Origin: Eledone cirrhosa
Lineage: Eukaryota
Direction of reading: 5' to 3'
Assembly (NCBI GenBank): GCA_964016885.1
Contig: OZ024742.1
Span: forward strand, 297,662,001 to 297,726,000
DNA: 64,000 bases
Every line of letters starts with the position of its first letter. Positions within the stretch are counted from its first letter, which is position 1. Of the stretch, positions 35,639 to 48,355 are shown in pieces. The notes under the pieces were generated by a model. The model was not told where the DNA came from. It searched no databases and saw only the letters and a program-made list of their open reading frames with translations. The translations under genes and the position numbers were made by a program.

Positions 35639-37762
35639 CTGCAAATGAAAGAAAATATAACATGAAGAATTAAATAGATTTAATGAAAGTGGAGTGTATG
35701 TAAAAATATATAGCATGAATGATTAAATAGATTTGATGGAAAATGGAGAGGTGATGAAAGAAGATATAGCATGGAAGATTAAATTAATTTAATGAAAAAC
35801 AGAGGGGAATGTTGGTTCGTTTATTGTCCAATGTAAAATAATTGAAATGAAAAACAAACATATTCAATATACAAAATCTCACAATGTCATGAAAACCAGA
35901 CATTATATAAAGAATTACTGAGCACAAAACACTATCAAGGGGAACAAAAATGGAAGAAAAAAAGGGGAAAATAAAAAGAAGAAAAAGAATTGTTAATCCT
36001 TTAAAAATTTATGTAAATAAAAGCTTAAAATATTAGTTTATTATGGAAATAAATAATACATAAATAAATTTAAGTAAAAAACAAAGAAATAATGTTTGCT
36101 GCCATTTTCCTTCTCCTTTGAGATAAAAGTTTTAGCAGGTAAACATATGCAAGATAGTCCACATCCATCTATCTATATTCAAAACTAGTTTTGGTGGTTA
36201 TTTACTGCTTTTCCTTCAACTGTGCTGATGTAGTCAGAATGTCAGCACTAGCTGATTTCTCTGTTATCCAAATGTTATGGAGATCAGATAGTTTCTTGAA
36301 CTTTTAAAATCATCCAAAGAAAGCAATAAACCATTGAATAGATTGTTCAGCTTCTTGTTTCAACTGATTAAATAAATCGAATGCTTTTTACTGGATAATA
36401 GCTTGAAAGAGTGCCAAGGGAAACTGTGATATATCATCTACCTAAATATTCAACATTTACTCTGTGTGGGGGGAGGGTATGTCTGTGTACATATATGTGT
36501 GTGAGTTCATTTAGATGAATTGCATTCACTTGAATTTTGCATGAACGATTTTATTTTGTTAGCTTGATTTATTGTGGTTCTTAAAGCTTGCAGTGAGGGT
36601 CCTAATGATTTTGTAACAACACTTTTCTTTTCTTTTACATTTTCTATAGTTTTAGTTTTGTATTTCATGTTATTGCTTTACCTTTACATGGTATGATGGC
36701 ATATAAAGAGAACTGGATTAATTTTAAAATATGGCAATCAAGTATCATATGGCTAATAATAATAGACAAAGGACCAGCATTTAGGGACAGATCTAAGTTT
36801 GTGATCTCTCTATCATAGATGAATCTCACATCATCTGTTTTCCCACTCCGATGCTAAACAAGTAATATAAGTGCTTTTCTCAACTTATCCACAGAAAAAT
36901 ATTTGTGCTGATTATTTCAAAGTACTGTCACCTGTTGATTCCTCATGAAAATGACTTAAATCCATTAACTTTAAAACTACTCAACAGTGTTTAAATATCT
37001 GAACTATGTGAACTATGATTTGATTTTTTTGTATTCGATTCATTCTTGGGTGCAGTTGACTATGAAGCCAATTGCACAAAAGTTTTAGACATAAAGAAAT
37101 AATTTTGTTAATTCTCATACAATTTCCTACAAAAGCGAACATAGATGTTGATGATCAGCATCCAGTGTGTATATGAATGCGTAAAATTTTGCTAATTTAC
37201 ATTGAGGTGAAAATAGTGACTTTGAATATCACTAGAACATTGTTTTATAGATGAATGTTATTGTTGTTTAGCTCAAGATGTGCCTGATCAAGCAAATCTA
37301 TTATTAAGGGCATTCCAGATGTGACCCTTCCAACTTTGTGTTTTCTTTACATATTATGTACTTAGATCTATATTATCCAATCTGCTTTTTTTAAATGATG
37401 GCGGGCTGTTCATTTGGCTGCTATTTATATAAGGTTAAGTAGCCACATAGTGTTTATTTCCCTGGCTCATAGGTGGATGTACTTTTTACTGCTATCCAGC
37501 TAAAAGTAAAATAAGGGCTGTGCCTTGTCATTCATGCATATCATAATGGTTCATTATTCAGACACAGTATATGATTATTTCAACTCCAGATGGATGTAAG
37601 GCTTTATTGACAATAGCAGGATTTGAACACAGAACATAAAATAATTTTGCCTGGCCCTCTAATTATTCTGTCATGAAGCAATGTAGTTAGCTGCCTAGCA
37701 CTGTAACATAATGATAGAATTGGGGCCCCCCTTCATTAAAAAGAAACTGAAGAAACTTCTAA

Positions 37763-37950
37763 CGAAATACAACCTGATAGAAGGATGGTTGAACCTACAT
37801 TGGTGTGAGGTATGTATGACCATGACATCATAACAACAATCCCACCATCTATGATATTATGAAATACAATCTGATAGCAGGGTGATTAAACCTATATTGG
37901 TGTGAGCTATGTATGATGATCACATCATAACAATACTGCCACCATATATC
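37763..37950. repeat. ~98 bp diverged tandem duplication
   Basis: gaaatacaacctgatag...cccaccat occurs at 37764 and again at 37861. Confidence 0.8.
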
Positions 37951-38682
37951 AGTGTATATGTGCTTGTATGCATTTATATACATGCTTGCTTACATATACA
38001 TGTGCATGTGCATAAAAAAAAGAACTAATACCTAATTCATACCATACACAAATCTTAAGTGTAATTTAGGCAAATTACTATTGTTCCAAAATTGTAATTA
38101 GTGAAGATAACAATCCTTTGATTGAAAAGGTTTGGAAATTTGAAAGAAATTTAATTTCAACAATGGTTTCTTTCTAATAAATGATAGTGAAATTAGGTTT
38201 TCTGCATTCACTGAAGGAGAGAAGCGACATATACAGTGCATATTGTTCCAAACTAAACCAATCCTTCATTGCACACATTACTCTATAACTAAAGTTAAAA
38301 AAATAATTCACTATTTTGTCTGTGTTAAGAACATTCTAAGTGTTTTTACTTGATTAACTTTATTTTCAGTTGATCAAATAGACTTCTCTAAATTACAGTT
38401 ACATTGTTTTAAGATCATTATTTATGTCCATTTTCCATGCATGCATGGGTTGGATAGGTTGTCACGTTTTGAGACTAGACATTTTCAGTGAACCATGTTT
38501 TGGTATTAGGTTCCATATTTGGCATGGTTTCTACAGCTGGGTGTCCTTCCAAATACCAACCACCTTACGGGGTGTACTGGGAACACTTTATCGTGATACT
38601 AACAGGACCAAAGGAGTACTATCTATCCTATGTTGTCACAATTTGTTCATCCACCACAGTACAATGAGTACTAATCACATAC

Positions 38683-38957
38683 ATTATTATGGAGCAAATA
38701 AAGTACCAGTAATGCACTGGGTAATTGCTAGCCTTGTGCCAAATGTAGAAACAATTATTATGGAGCAAATAGGCAGTGGATTGGCAACATCGGTAGAGGG
38801 TCGGATGCCATGCTTTGACGCATAGAGTTACGGCCCTTGCCATTCTGAGTTAAAATCCCGCCGAGGTTAACTTTGCCTTTCATCCTTACAGGGTCGAAAA
38901 AATAAAGTACCAGTAATGCACTGGTTAAAAGTAGTAACAATTATTATGAAGCAAATA
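38683..38957 (+). mobile_element. Family A SINE 3' fragment plus full copy in tandem
   Basis: Junction attattatg(g/a)agcaaata occurs three times (38683, 38755, 38940) around the two copies. Confidence 0.85.
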
Positions 38958-40028
38958 TCTGTGGATTGTGAATCAGATCAATGATGACTAGAATAAAAAT
39001 GTAGTCCTTTATACCTATTAATATGACTTCTGCTGGTCTCCATCAGTTCACATAAATATGTGTACCACCTTTCCATGTAGTCTCATGCTTCTCACCTTTT
39101 CCTTAGTAACTATCCATAAGTATGTACTGTGTAATTTCAAATATAGGTTGATTGGGACACTATGGTTGTAAATGTATGTTACCAAATTCCATTATTCCAT
39201 GCATCTTGTTTGTATTTGGTGTTACAAATTCAATACAATACAATTATATTAACTAGTAATTAAGAATTCTAATTGCAAACTAAGTAGATTTAATCTTTAG
39301 ACAAAATTTTAAAAATAATCTTAAGGACAGAGCTTTAGATAAGAATTGATCTTAAAGCTCTGCCAAAATTGACACAATTGCTTATACCTCCTTTTCTGAA
39401 ACATTAAAAGATAGTACATTAAAAGATAGTACAATACGGGCCTCATGAATCTAGCAGATTTGTAGCCAGCCCATTCATTACCTGGCCATGGAAAATACTA
39501 GAAAACATAAATTGACCCTTAGAGGAGTCCCTCCCTGTATAAATATAGTCATGCCATCTCATTTCACAAATATATTGAACCTGAGCAAGATGGTTGGATA
39601 ACATCCATGAGCTTGGCTGGTCTAGCTTGGGGATCCAGCTAGATCATTTGAAGGAGGAGGATGAGAAGTTTTATTTGAGTTTGCTAATTTAATTATAAAG
39701 ATTATAAAGTCATGGGCATGTTGAATGTTTTAGAAGTTTGCTTGCAACAATCATGACGTTCTGGGTTTGATCCCACAGTGTCGTCATTTTGGCAAGTGTC
39801 TTTTATCATGTCCCTGATTGATCCAAGCCTCTAAGGGAAACTGGGTAGACTTGGTAGACAAAAACATTGTGGAAGCCTGTTACATTCAAAGGTTCAGCCT
39901 TGTCAAATATTGAATGACACTGATTCTACCTGAGAATTATGTTAGAAATGTCAGAGTCTGAGGAATACTTAGCCACTTATACATTAATTTTATGAATAGA
40001 ATGTTCAGCATCCAATAGAGGATACATA

Positions 40029-40096
40029 ATCGTTTGTTAATTTATAAAATAGTTTACTTGTATCGTTTGTTAATTTATAAAATAGTTTACTTGTAT
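40029..40096. repeat. 34-bp perfect tandem duplication
   Basis: atcgtttgttaatttataaaatagtttacttgt occurs twice. Confidence 0.85.
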
Positions 40097-41317
40097 CATT
40101 GGCAGATTTACTCTCTACTAGTTATCCTAAATCAACTACTAATGCAATAGTAGATCTAGTATAGCATGGTAGAGATTGAACCCATATAAAATGTCTTATA
40201 TATGGGTTTATATATACCTTCATTAATAATGTAGCATGTATACTTAAAATATTTAGTTTCTTATCTACAAGCCTTACAATGGTTCTATTTTTTGTTAGGG
40301 TGACATTTATAAAGGGATTGTGCTGATATCCTCATGAAAGGCACCAAGTACACTCTGTATTATTTTACCTATTACCAGTTAATAACTTGTTTATTGTACT
40401 TGCTCCCAATTATTAAGAGGAAAAATATCAATATTTTGTGATCTCAAAACATTGAATGAATAGTCATAAGATTTTGTTTTTCACAGACAGAAACATAATT
40501 TTAAAAATCCGATCTAAAATATTTTTTATTACCTGAAGCAACATAACTGTGTCTTAGTAATGGTAGACATCAAATAAAAACTATAAACGTTTCCTTTTCT
40601 CAGATTTATACTATTAGTTTTTTTTAAAGTTTAGATGATATGCTTTTAATATATTACATAACTATACAATATTTTGTGTCTAGTTTTATTTAGAAAAATT
40701 GTTAATCTAAAGAGTATTTGGCTGGATAACTTTATTCTGAACCTAGTTCAAAGCCACCACCTAGCACATTGGTGCCATTAACAGAGTCTAGTCTGTGCCA
40801 AACATTCAGGTCAGCTTTAGGGAAGACTTCCTTCCTTCTTCCTACAAGCCTTGGAGGACCCAGAAAGGTTTTTGAGCACAATCATTTCCCCCTCTTGTAA
40901 ATCATGTAAAAAGAGGGGGTAAGCAAATTCATTGGAAAAATAGCATTAGCATAACTGCCTTTGTTGTAAATGAGTTGAAATGTAGTGTTTATCTCAGGGA
41001 TTTTAATAATTGGTCTATGCTCAAAGTTCAAATCTTACTAATATGATCTTTGCTTTACATTCTTTGAGGTTCTATAAAGGTAGAAGGTACCAATCCAGGG
41101 CAAGAGATTGGTAGAATTCTTAGACCTTAGGTGAGATATGTGGTGGTATTTATTCCAGCTTTTGTATTCTGAGTTCAAATCCCACAATAGATTATTTGGT
41201 TGATAGACATAAGCCATTACTCAGTTTAACAACTTCACTTAGCACTTAGGTACCTTTAGCAGAATTCACTCTGTTGAAATCTACTACTACTACTAATAAT
41301 AGTAATGATAATAATAA

Positions 41318-41760
41318 TGATTTCTAGTATAGGCACAAGGGAGGGGAAAGTCGATTAAATTGACCCCAGTGCGTGACTGGTACTTTATTTTATCGACCTC
41401 ATAAGGATGAAAGGCAAAGTTAACCTAGACGGGATTTGAACTCAGATCATAAAGGGCCGTAACTCTATGCTACAAAGCATGGCATCCGACCCTCTACCGA
41501 TACTGCCAATCCACCAATAATAATAATTAGTAGTAGTTAGTAGTATTGGTAGTATCGGTAGAGCATCGGACACAATGCTTTGCGTCATAGTGTTAGAGCC
41601 CTTTACATTCTGAGTTCAAATCTTGCCAAGGTTAGCTTTGTATTTCATCCTTATGAGGTCAATAAAATAAAATACCAATAATGCACTGGGGTCGATTTAA
41701 TTGACTTTCCCCTCTTCTTCAAATTGCTGGCCTTGTGCCTAAAGTAGAAACAATTATTAT
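41318..41760. mobile_element. Head-to-head inverted pair of family A SINEs
   Basis: Minus copy ~41318-41516 and plus copy ~41545-41760, separated by ~30 bp of (TAA)/(TAG) repeats. Confidence 0.88.
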
Positions 41761-42097
41761 AATTTCACTTGCTTCTTTAGTTATTTTCTGGGAAATGTAC
41801 AGTTTACAAGAAAAGAATTTATGAAAATTCCAATTTTAGTTAATAATCCTTATCAATATTTGTAAGATTATTTCTCTACTCATTTCTAACTACTATATAT
41901 ACACACACAAAGACATCTGGTGATATTCGTATTTCAATACCATCTGACAATTACTAGTCATACATGATGACTTTATAATTCTTATAATTCTGTTTTTATG
42001 ACTTAAGATGTTATGAGAATGAAATGAAGATCTTTCAAGTTTGCTAACCAATAATTAAACTATCATTTCTATGGCTCTCAAGATTGTGAAGCAAGAT

Positions 42098-42510
42098 ATG
42101 ATATAATTGTTTCTACGTTTGGCACAAGGCCAGCAATTACCCCAGTGCCTTATTGGCGCTTTATTTCATCGACCCCGTAAGGATGAAAAGCAAAGTTAAC
42201 CACGGCAGGATTTGAACTCAGAACGTAAAGGGGCATAACTCTATGCTACAAAGCATGGTGTCTGCTGCTCTACTGATACTGCCAATCCAGCAGCCTATGA
42301 TATAATAATTGTTTCTACTTTTGGCACAAGGCCAGCAATTACCCAGTACATTACTGGTACTTTATTTTATCAACACTGTAAGTATGAAAGGCAAAGTTAA
42401 CCTCGGCGGGATTTGAACTCAAATCATAAAGGGAGGTAACTCTGTGCTTCAAAACATGGTGTCCGACCCTCTACTGATACTGCCAATCCACCGTCCTTGA
42501 TATAATAATG
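42098..42510 (-). mobile_element. Tandem pair of family A SINEs
   Basis: Copies ~42102-42290 and 42305-42494, with TGATATAAT(AAT) at all three junctions. Confidence 0.9.
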
Positions 42511-42564
42511 GTGCTAGGTTACTAATGGTTGAAGTATGTCGTAGACTTGGTAGCCTGCAATTGA

Positions 42565-42927
42565 AAATGTCATTTAGGAGGGTCTTAGATAAAATGAATT
42601 ATTGGCATAATTGTTGAAGCATTTAACTCAACCCTTTAGCATTCACATTACTCTATATTTCCTATTATATTTTCACTGTAAAGGCTTTATCTCATATAAT
42701 TATCACGCATAATATCGAATCTATGAGACTTTGATATTACTTATTTTAACAAAAATACCTTAACATCAGTATGAGTGGCCAGTTATGCCGATTTGAACAG
42801 AAAGAGGTGAGAGAATTCTGGCTAGATATGGCTGGTTTAAAATGTCATTTAGGAGGGTCTTAGATAAAATGAATTATTGGCATAATTGTTGAAGCATTTA
42901 ACTCTGGCTAGATATGGCTGGGTTAAA
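42565..42927. mobile_element. TTAA-type MITE (reverse of 2763-2991) with local duplication of flank
   Basis: aaccctttagcattcacattactct...ggctagatatggctggtttaa; 42565-42629 is repeated exactly at 42840-42904. Confidence 0.7.
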
Positions 42928-43221
42928 CTATCCTTAGTCCTTTCCTCTACTTTACCCCTTCCACTTTTACTTAATTTTGCTTTTATCTTTCTTTTTCAAA
43001 TGTATGTAAATATCAATGGTTTTTAAGCCAACTTTGCGAATAAGAGTTTCTTATATTTATTCATATGCTAATTCCAGCTCATTGTGATCTAAGTTAAAAT
43101 CTAGCTTAGGTCAACTTTGATTTTCATCCTCCCAGTGTTTATAAATAAAGTATCAATCTATGGTGATGGACTGGTGGTATCATTAAAGTGCTGAATGATA
43201 TTCTTTGCATTATTAGTTCTT

Positions 43222-43490
43222 CTTTTTCTTCTTCTTCTTGAGAGGGTCGTGGAGGTAGAGTCCTCAAACATTCCTTGCAGCAGGTCTTGTCAGAAGTAAC
43301 CATCTCCAACTCATCTGGCTAGATTCGCAAGTGTGGCCTGCCAAGCTCAAGAATGTTATTCAACCATCTTGATCAGGGTCTAATCTTGGGTCTCCTGCCG
43401 GTTGGTTTTGCCCATAAAATCTGTCTACTGATTCTTTCCTCAGACATTCTAACCACATGTGCATAGTATCAGAGCTGTGATCTCTCAATT
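43222..43490 (-). mobile_element. 3' fragment of a second RTE family with (GAA)n tail
   Basis: Minus strand encodes degenerate IERSQL..YAHVVRMSEERISRQILWAKPTGRRP; related fragments at 51960-52130 and 53595-53830. Confidence 0.75.
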
Positions 43491-43924
43491 CCTTCAACTA
43501 ATTTCAAAGGCCCTGTAACTTAAGTGATATATTTTTGTTAAATGTGATGCACCAATTATTTTTAAATAGGCATATTTCATTCAAAGTATTATATATTATA
43601 ACTTGATCTAAGTAAGTTATATGAAGGAGAAAAATATAGAACATGTTAGATTTGAAGAGACGTAAATAAATATGTTGATTCTTTATAATAAATATACTCG
43701 ATTAGTTACACCAGATCAAAATTTACAAGGGAGGTAACTGCTTCTAAGTTTTATTTAGAGTACTCTTCCTTGAATGTATTCTGCAGGGGATAAAATGAAA
43801 CGTGTTTTGATTTTGATGAATTTAACGCTTTCATGTGCACATTTCTATTTCAGTTAGTTAATTAAGAATTTTGAGGGATTTACTAAATTCTACTTTTGGC
43901 ACAATTTTGAGGGATTTACTAAAT

Positions 43925-44266
43925 TCTACTTTTGGCACAAGGCCAGCAATTACTCCAATGCATTACTGGTACTTTATTTTATTGACCCCGTAAGGATGAA
44001 AGGTAAATTTAACCTCGGCGGGATTTGAACTCAGACCATAAACGGGCGTAACTCTATGCTGCAAAGCATGGCGTTACCATAAATAATTGTTTCTACTTTT
44101 GACACAAGACCAGCAATTACCCAGTGTATTACTGCTACTTTATTTTATCGACCCCATAAGGATGAAAAAGCAAAGTTAACCTCGGCGGGATTTGAACACA
44201 GAATGGCAAGGACCGTAACTCTAAAAGCATGGCGTCCGACTCTCTACCGATACTGCCAATCCACCA
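43925..44266 (-). mobile_element. Tandem pair of family A SINEs
   Basis: Copies ~43925-44075 (5'-truncated) and 44084-44266; tgg(c/t)gttaccataa follows both. Confidence 0.88.
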
Positions 44267-44423
44267 CCCTTATGGTGTTACCATAAGGGTGGTGGATCGA
44301 CCATGATGGTGGATCGCGTTGGTAGACAGTTCACATCTCCATTTTCCATCCAGCATTTACAATGTACCATACACCACATTTATTGTCATATAAGATGTCG
44401 TTTTTATACCCTCCAAAATTGTT

Positions 44424-44658
44424 TTAACCCTTTCATGAATGCATTTCTAATGAAATACACTCTATTTTAATTAATTAATGAAGAATTTTGAAGGATTTAT
44501 TAAAATTATTAATTATTTCATTACTAAGATAGTTACTTAATATAACTTAATAAAATGATGTTGGAAGATTTTAATTTAAATAGGAAAGCTTTAAAATTAG
44601 TGGTTTTATTTCATAGAACCAGAGCCAGTTTTGGCCAGGTTGGTAACTAATGCGTTAA
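44424..44658. mobile_element. TTAA-flanked MITE
   Basis: TTAAccctttcatga ... ggtaactaatgcgTTAA; related to 4921-5080, 10230-10732 and 31647-31870. Confidence 0.6.
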
Positions 44659-45389
44659 AATATCTTTTGGATCGTATATGCAAAGTTAAGGTATCTGGTA
44701 TGCTAATGCTTTGTTCTCAATATACCCTGCTGAAATTGTGAAATATTTTGAATTGACAAGTTTTGTAGATTCAGTAGATAAATTGTGACATATACACAAG
44801 TAAATACAATAGTCCTTGGTTGGTACTGAGTAAAATGAAGAATCTATTTTTTTCTTGCATGAAAGAGAGGGGGGAGGAAAGAGATATGTTGTGGCTTTCA
44901 TTGTTGGCAAGTTATGGAACACTTCAGTGAAAGTAGTTTGGAAAATTTATTTCCATTTCTTTTCTAAACAAAAACAAAAAAAGTAGAAAACTTGGAATTT
45001 TAGTTTCTAAAATTATAATAATTTACTTTTCTGCCAATGACAACTGACCAACATTCTGATGTGGTTTTAATCCTGGATGATACAATTGCAACATATAAAA
45101 TGAAATGAAATACAAAGCATTCAGTGTTGTTAATGAGGGTGTTTGACTATTCCAGCACCTTAGCCTTACTATCATCTGTAGCAATGCCATGAGTGTCTTT
45201 CCAAAGGGAAATGTCCACATTCCTTGTTTCCTTTTTTACAATTCTTTTCTATCACATTTTTTTATTAATTTGTTTCTTTTATGAATATTTTTATAAATTG
45301 TGTTTATATGTACAAGATGTTTTCAAAATAAAATTGGAGACATCACTCCCGACTGTCATTGCCGAGATGCTAGAAATCTAGGTCACCTA

Positions 45390-46165
45390 GTACTCACAAA
45401 TCAGTCAGAACATACTTTCTTCTTATGAGGCTTTAAACTTCTTGGGACAAATTCTATTGTCACCAGGGGCTTTGGCACGTTTGAGGGCTTTAATTGCTTT
45501 TGTGACCTCAGCCTTTAAGAAATTAGTCATCACCCCTAGATGGACTTCATGTATATCAGATGTTGCTGCGACTGAATTTGGGAGATCAACAAAGCATTCT
45601 CTATACCTAGAGAAGATGCACCTCTCTTCAGAGAGAAGAACCTGAGACGAGTTCCTAATAGCAAGATTGAAGAAATCATCAGATGTTCTGCCAGTAGGAT
45701 TTATTTGCTGATCAAAAGTCAGATTCCAGTTTAAGCCCATGTCTTAACCTTTATAGCCTTTGCTGTTTCTACTGTGACTTTTTGTGCCTGATTATACCAC
45801 GTATGCATGAAAGAATATTTATTTCCAAAGCTTCCTTCTTTGCTTGGATGGCATCTATAACCTGGTTGAACCAGAAGATTCTTCTACCACTTGGTGCTAC
45901 ACTAAGCCACTTTTACCTGCACCGTTTAACATGTGAAATAGAAACTGCCAAGGTGATCAGTTTACATTCCATTCCAGTGTACTCACTTTGTCCAGAGAGT
46001 TCTCTTATACCTGGTCCTAACTTCCTCATCATCCAGCGTTTCCCATTTTATCCAGTAGCTCAAGCTGGATCTGTTAGTTTGTGGCCTACATTTCATATCT
46101 GGTTTGAGCCTATTACTAGTTTTGGGATACCTACATTTCCCCTCTTACCTAGGTCTATTACCTGT
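45390..46165 (-). mobile_element. Internal fragment of an old RTE-type LINE (linker and RT N-terminus)
   Basis: KAEVTKAIKALKRAKAPGDNRICP resembles the EVxxAIxxLKxGKAPGxD motif; upstream SWFNQVIDAIQAKKEA-like segment. Confidence 0.7.
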
Positions 46166-47479
46166 GTCGACAACCTCTTCAATGTTGCTACTCTAATAAA
46201 ATGTAACCAGTACACTCTGAAAAGGGACTGGTAATTTGAACAGAAAAGATAGGGTACACAGGACTCATCAATCTTGTCGCATTCATGACGACTTCTCTAA
46301 TGCTGATTTTGTGTTGAAATGTACTTTGTACATTCTGTAAAGTGGTTTGTTTTTTGAAGTGCATTCAGCAATAAAAACCCAACCAAATATGGAATTTATT
46401 AACAAAATGTGGTACTCCTACTAATTTAACCTCAGATCATAAATAGCTGTTCAACCCATGCCAGCATAGAAAGCAGACATAAAATGATGATGATCAGTAA
46501 GACATACTGATTTAATCACAGAACCCATATTTATATGTTATAAATAAACCTGAAGGGTTGGCAGGACCATCCAGTCGTGTCAAGGGTACGACAACGTCTT
46601 TAGTGTTGGTGATTTACATGATAAATGCACCCAGTGCAGTTGGTGATAGAAAGGGGATCCAGCTGTAGAAATGTTGCCAAACAAAGGGTTGGGAGGACCC
46701 TCAGTTGTGTCAAAGGCATGACATCCTCTCCTCGGCACTTTATGGAATGTGAGACCGTACATAAGCAAGACACAGATCCCTGGTTTACTTGGGAGGTCAG
46801 TGGCTCTGCTTCAGTATAGACTTGGTCTATATAGATCTGTCCAACCCTTGCTAGCAGGGAAAGCAGACGTTAAAATGACAATGATGATATATAACATTTT
46901 TATTTGTTTTGCAAAGTTTTATATGAAATTGTGTGTTGAAATAGATATTATATATTTATTTTGTCAGAACATTACCAAAAGAATACACTCACTGTTTGGT
47001 TTAGTATGTGTGACAAACTTTGGTAAATTATATTTATTTCTTTAACTGATAAACATTGATTACCAGCTAATTTATAAATATACTGAAGCAAAAACCAACC
47101 CAAACAGTGAGTGTGTTTTACTAGTTTGTGGTCAATATTAGGACAACATGACCCTCCCATAAGGGGTACCTTATCTCTTAGAACACATTTGGGAACTGCT
47201 AAGCTAGACAAATTATCTCTGAAGTTATAAAATTCTGTAACAAGGCATCATTGATACCAAATTTAGAAATAATGGTTTATCTAATCAGTAATTCTGTATT
47301 TATAATTTTCAGATTGAAATAATTGAACATCTGGTTTTCAGGATTTCAAACTAATAATTCTTGAATGTAATTAGAGAAAGTAATTAAAAATAAATAATAA
47401 ATGAAAATAATACAAAATTTTCAATTATTCTGAACTGAAGATATAATTTAGATATGACTTGATTTTATGAATACCTAAT

Positions 47480-47970
47480 ATATTGTGGATGGTCTTGAAT
47501 CAGTAAAATCATTAAAGCATTGGTCAAAATGTGTTGTTTGTTCTTGCTCTTCCTGCTTTGAGTTCCATCCTTCTGAGATTGATAAAATAAAGTACCAATC
47601 CAGAGTAGTGAATTGTAGAATTGCAAGGGTATTTAACAAAATGCTTTGTGGTATTTGTTCCAGGTCTTAATTATTCTGACTTCCAATACTACCAAAATCT
47701 TTGATTTTCATGTCTTTGAGATTGATGAAATAAAGTAATGATCTGGTTTAGGGTATTGGCAGAATTGCTAGAGCATTGAACCAAATGTTTTGTGGTATTT
47801 GCTTCATCTCTCTGTGCTCTGAGTATAGATTTTGCTGAGGCTGTCTTTGCTCTTCATGCTTCCAAGGTTGATAAAATACAGTACCAGTCAAAAGCAATGG
47901 ATTTGCAGAATTGTTAAAGCATTGGGCAAAATACTTTTGCTATTTCTTTCAGCTCTTTATATTCTGACTC
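47480..47970 (+). mobile_element. Cluster of old degenerate family A-like SINEs in tandem
   Basis: Repeated tggcagaattg...tgctttgtggtatttg...gataaaataaagtacca units about every 140-150 bp. Confidence 0.6.
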
Positions 47971-48355
47971 CTTAGACTGGTGTAGTGAACTTGTCTGTAT
48001 CTAATCAACAAGATGGTATCTGATAAAGAAATATCCAAAGGGAGGCAATTGGAGAAACCATCTTTGTATTTTCTCATGAAAATTCCATGAAAAGCACAAT
48101 ACATGACGCTTGTCATGGAAGTCCACATAGATCATTCAACAATCCAATGGTACCAGGAAGGAAGGAATATTTTGGCTTTACTTTTATTAGGTTATATAAA
48201 TAACTATGAGATCCAGTATGGCTATTAAACTAACATAAGCCCTATAAACTCTGTTTCAGCTTGTTTAGTTTCACCTTATCTAATTTTGTCTCCAGAAGTG
48301 TACCTTCTTTGTTGTTTAAAGCCCTTTGGATACTGACATTTTGCTTTGTTGATTG

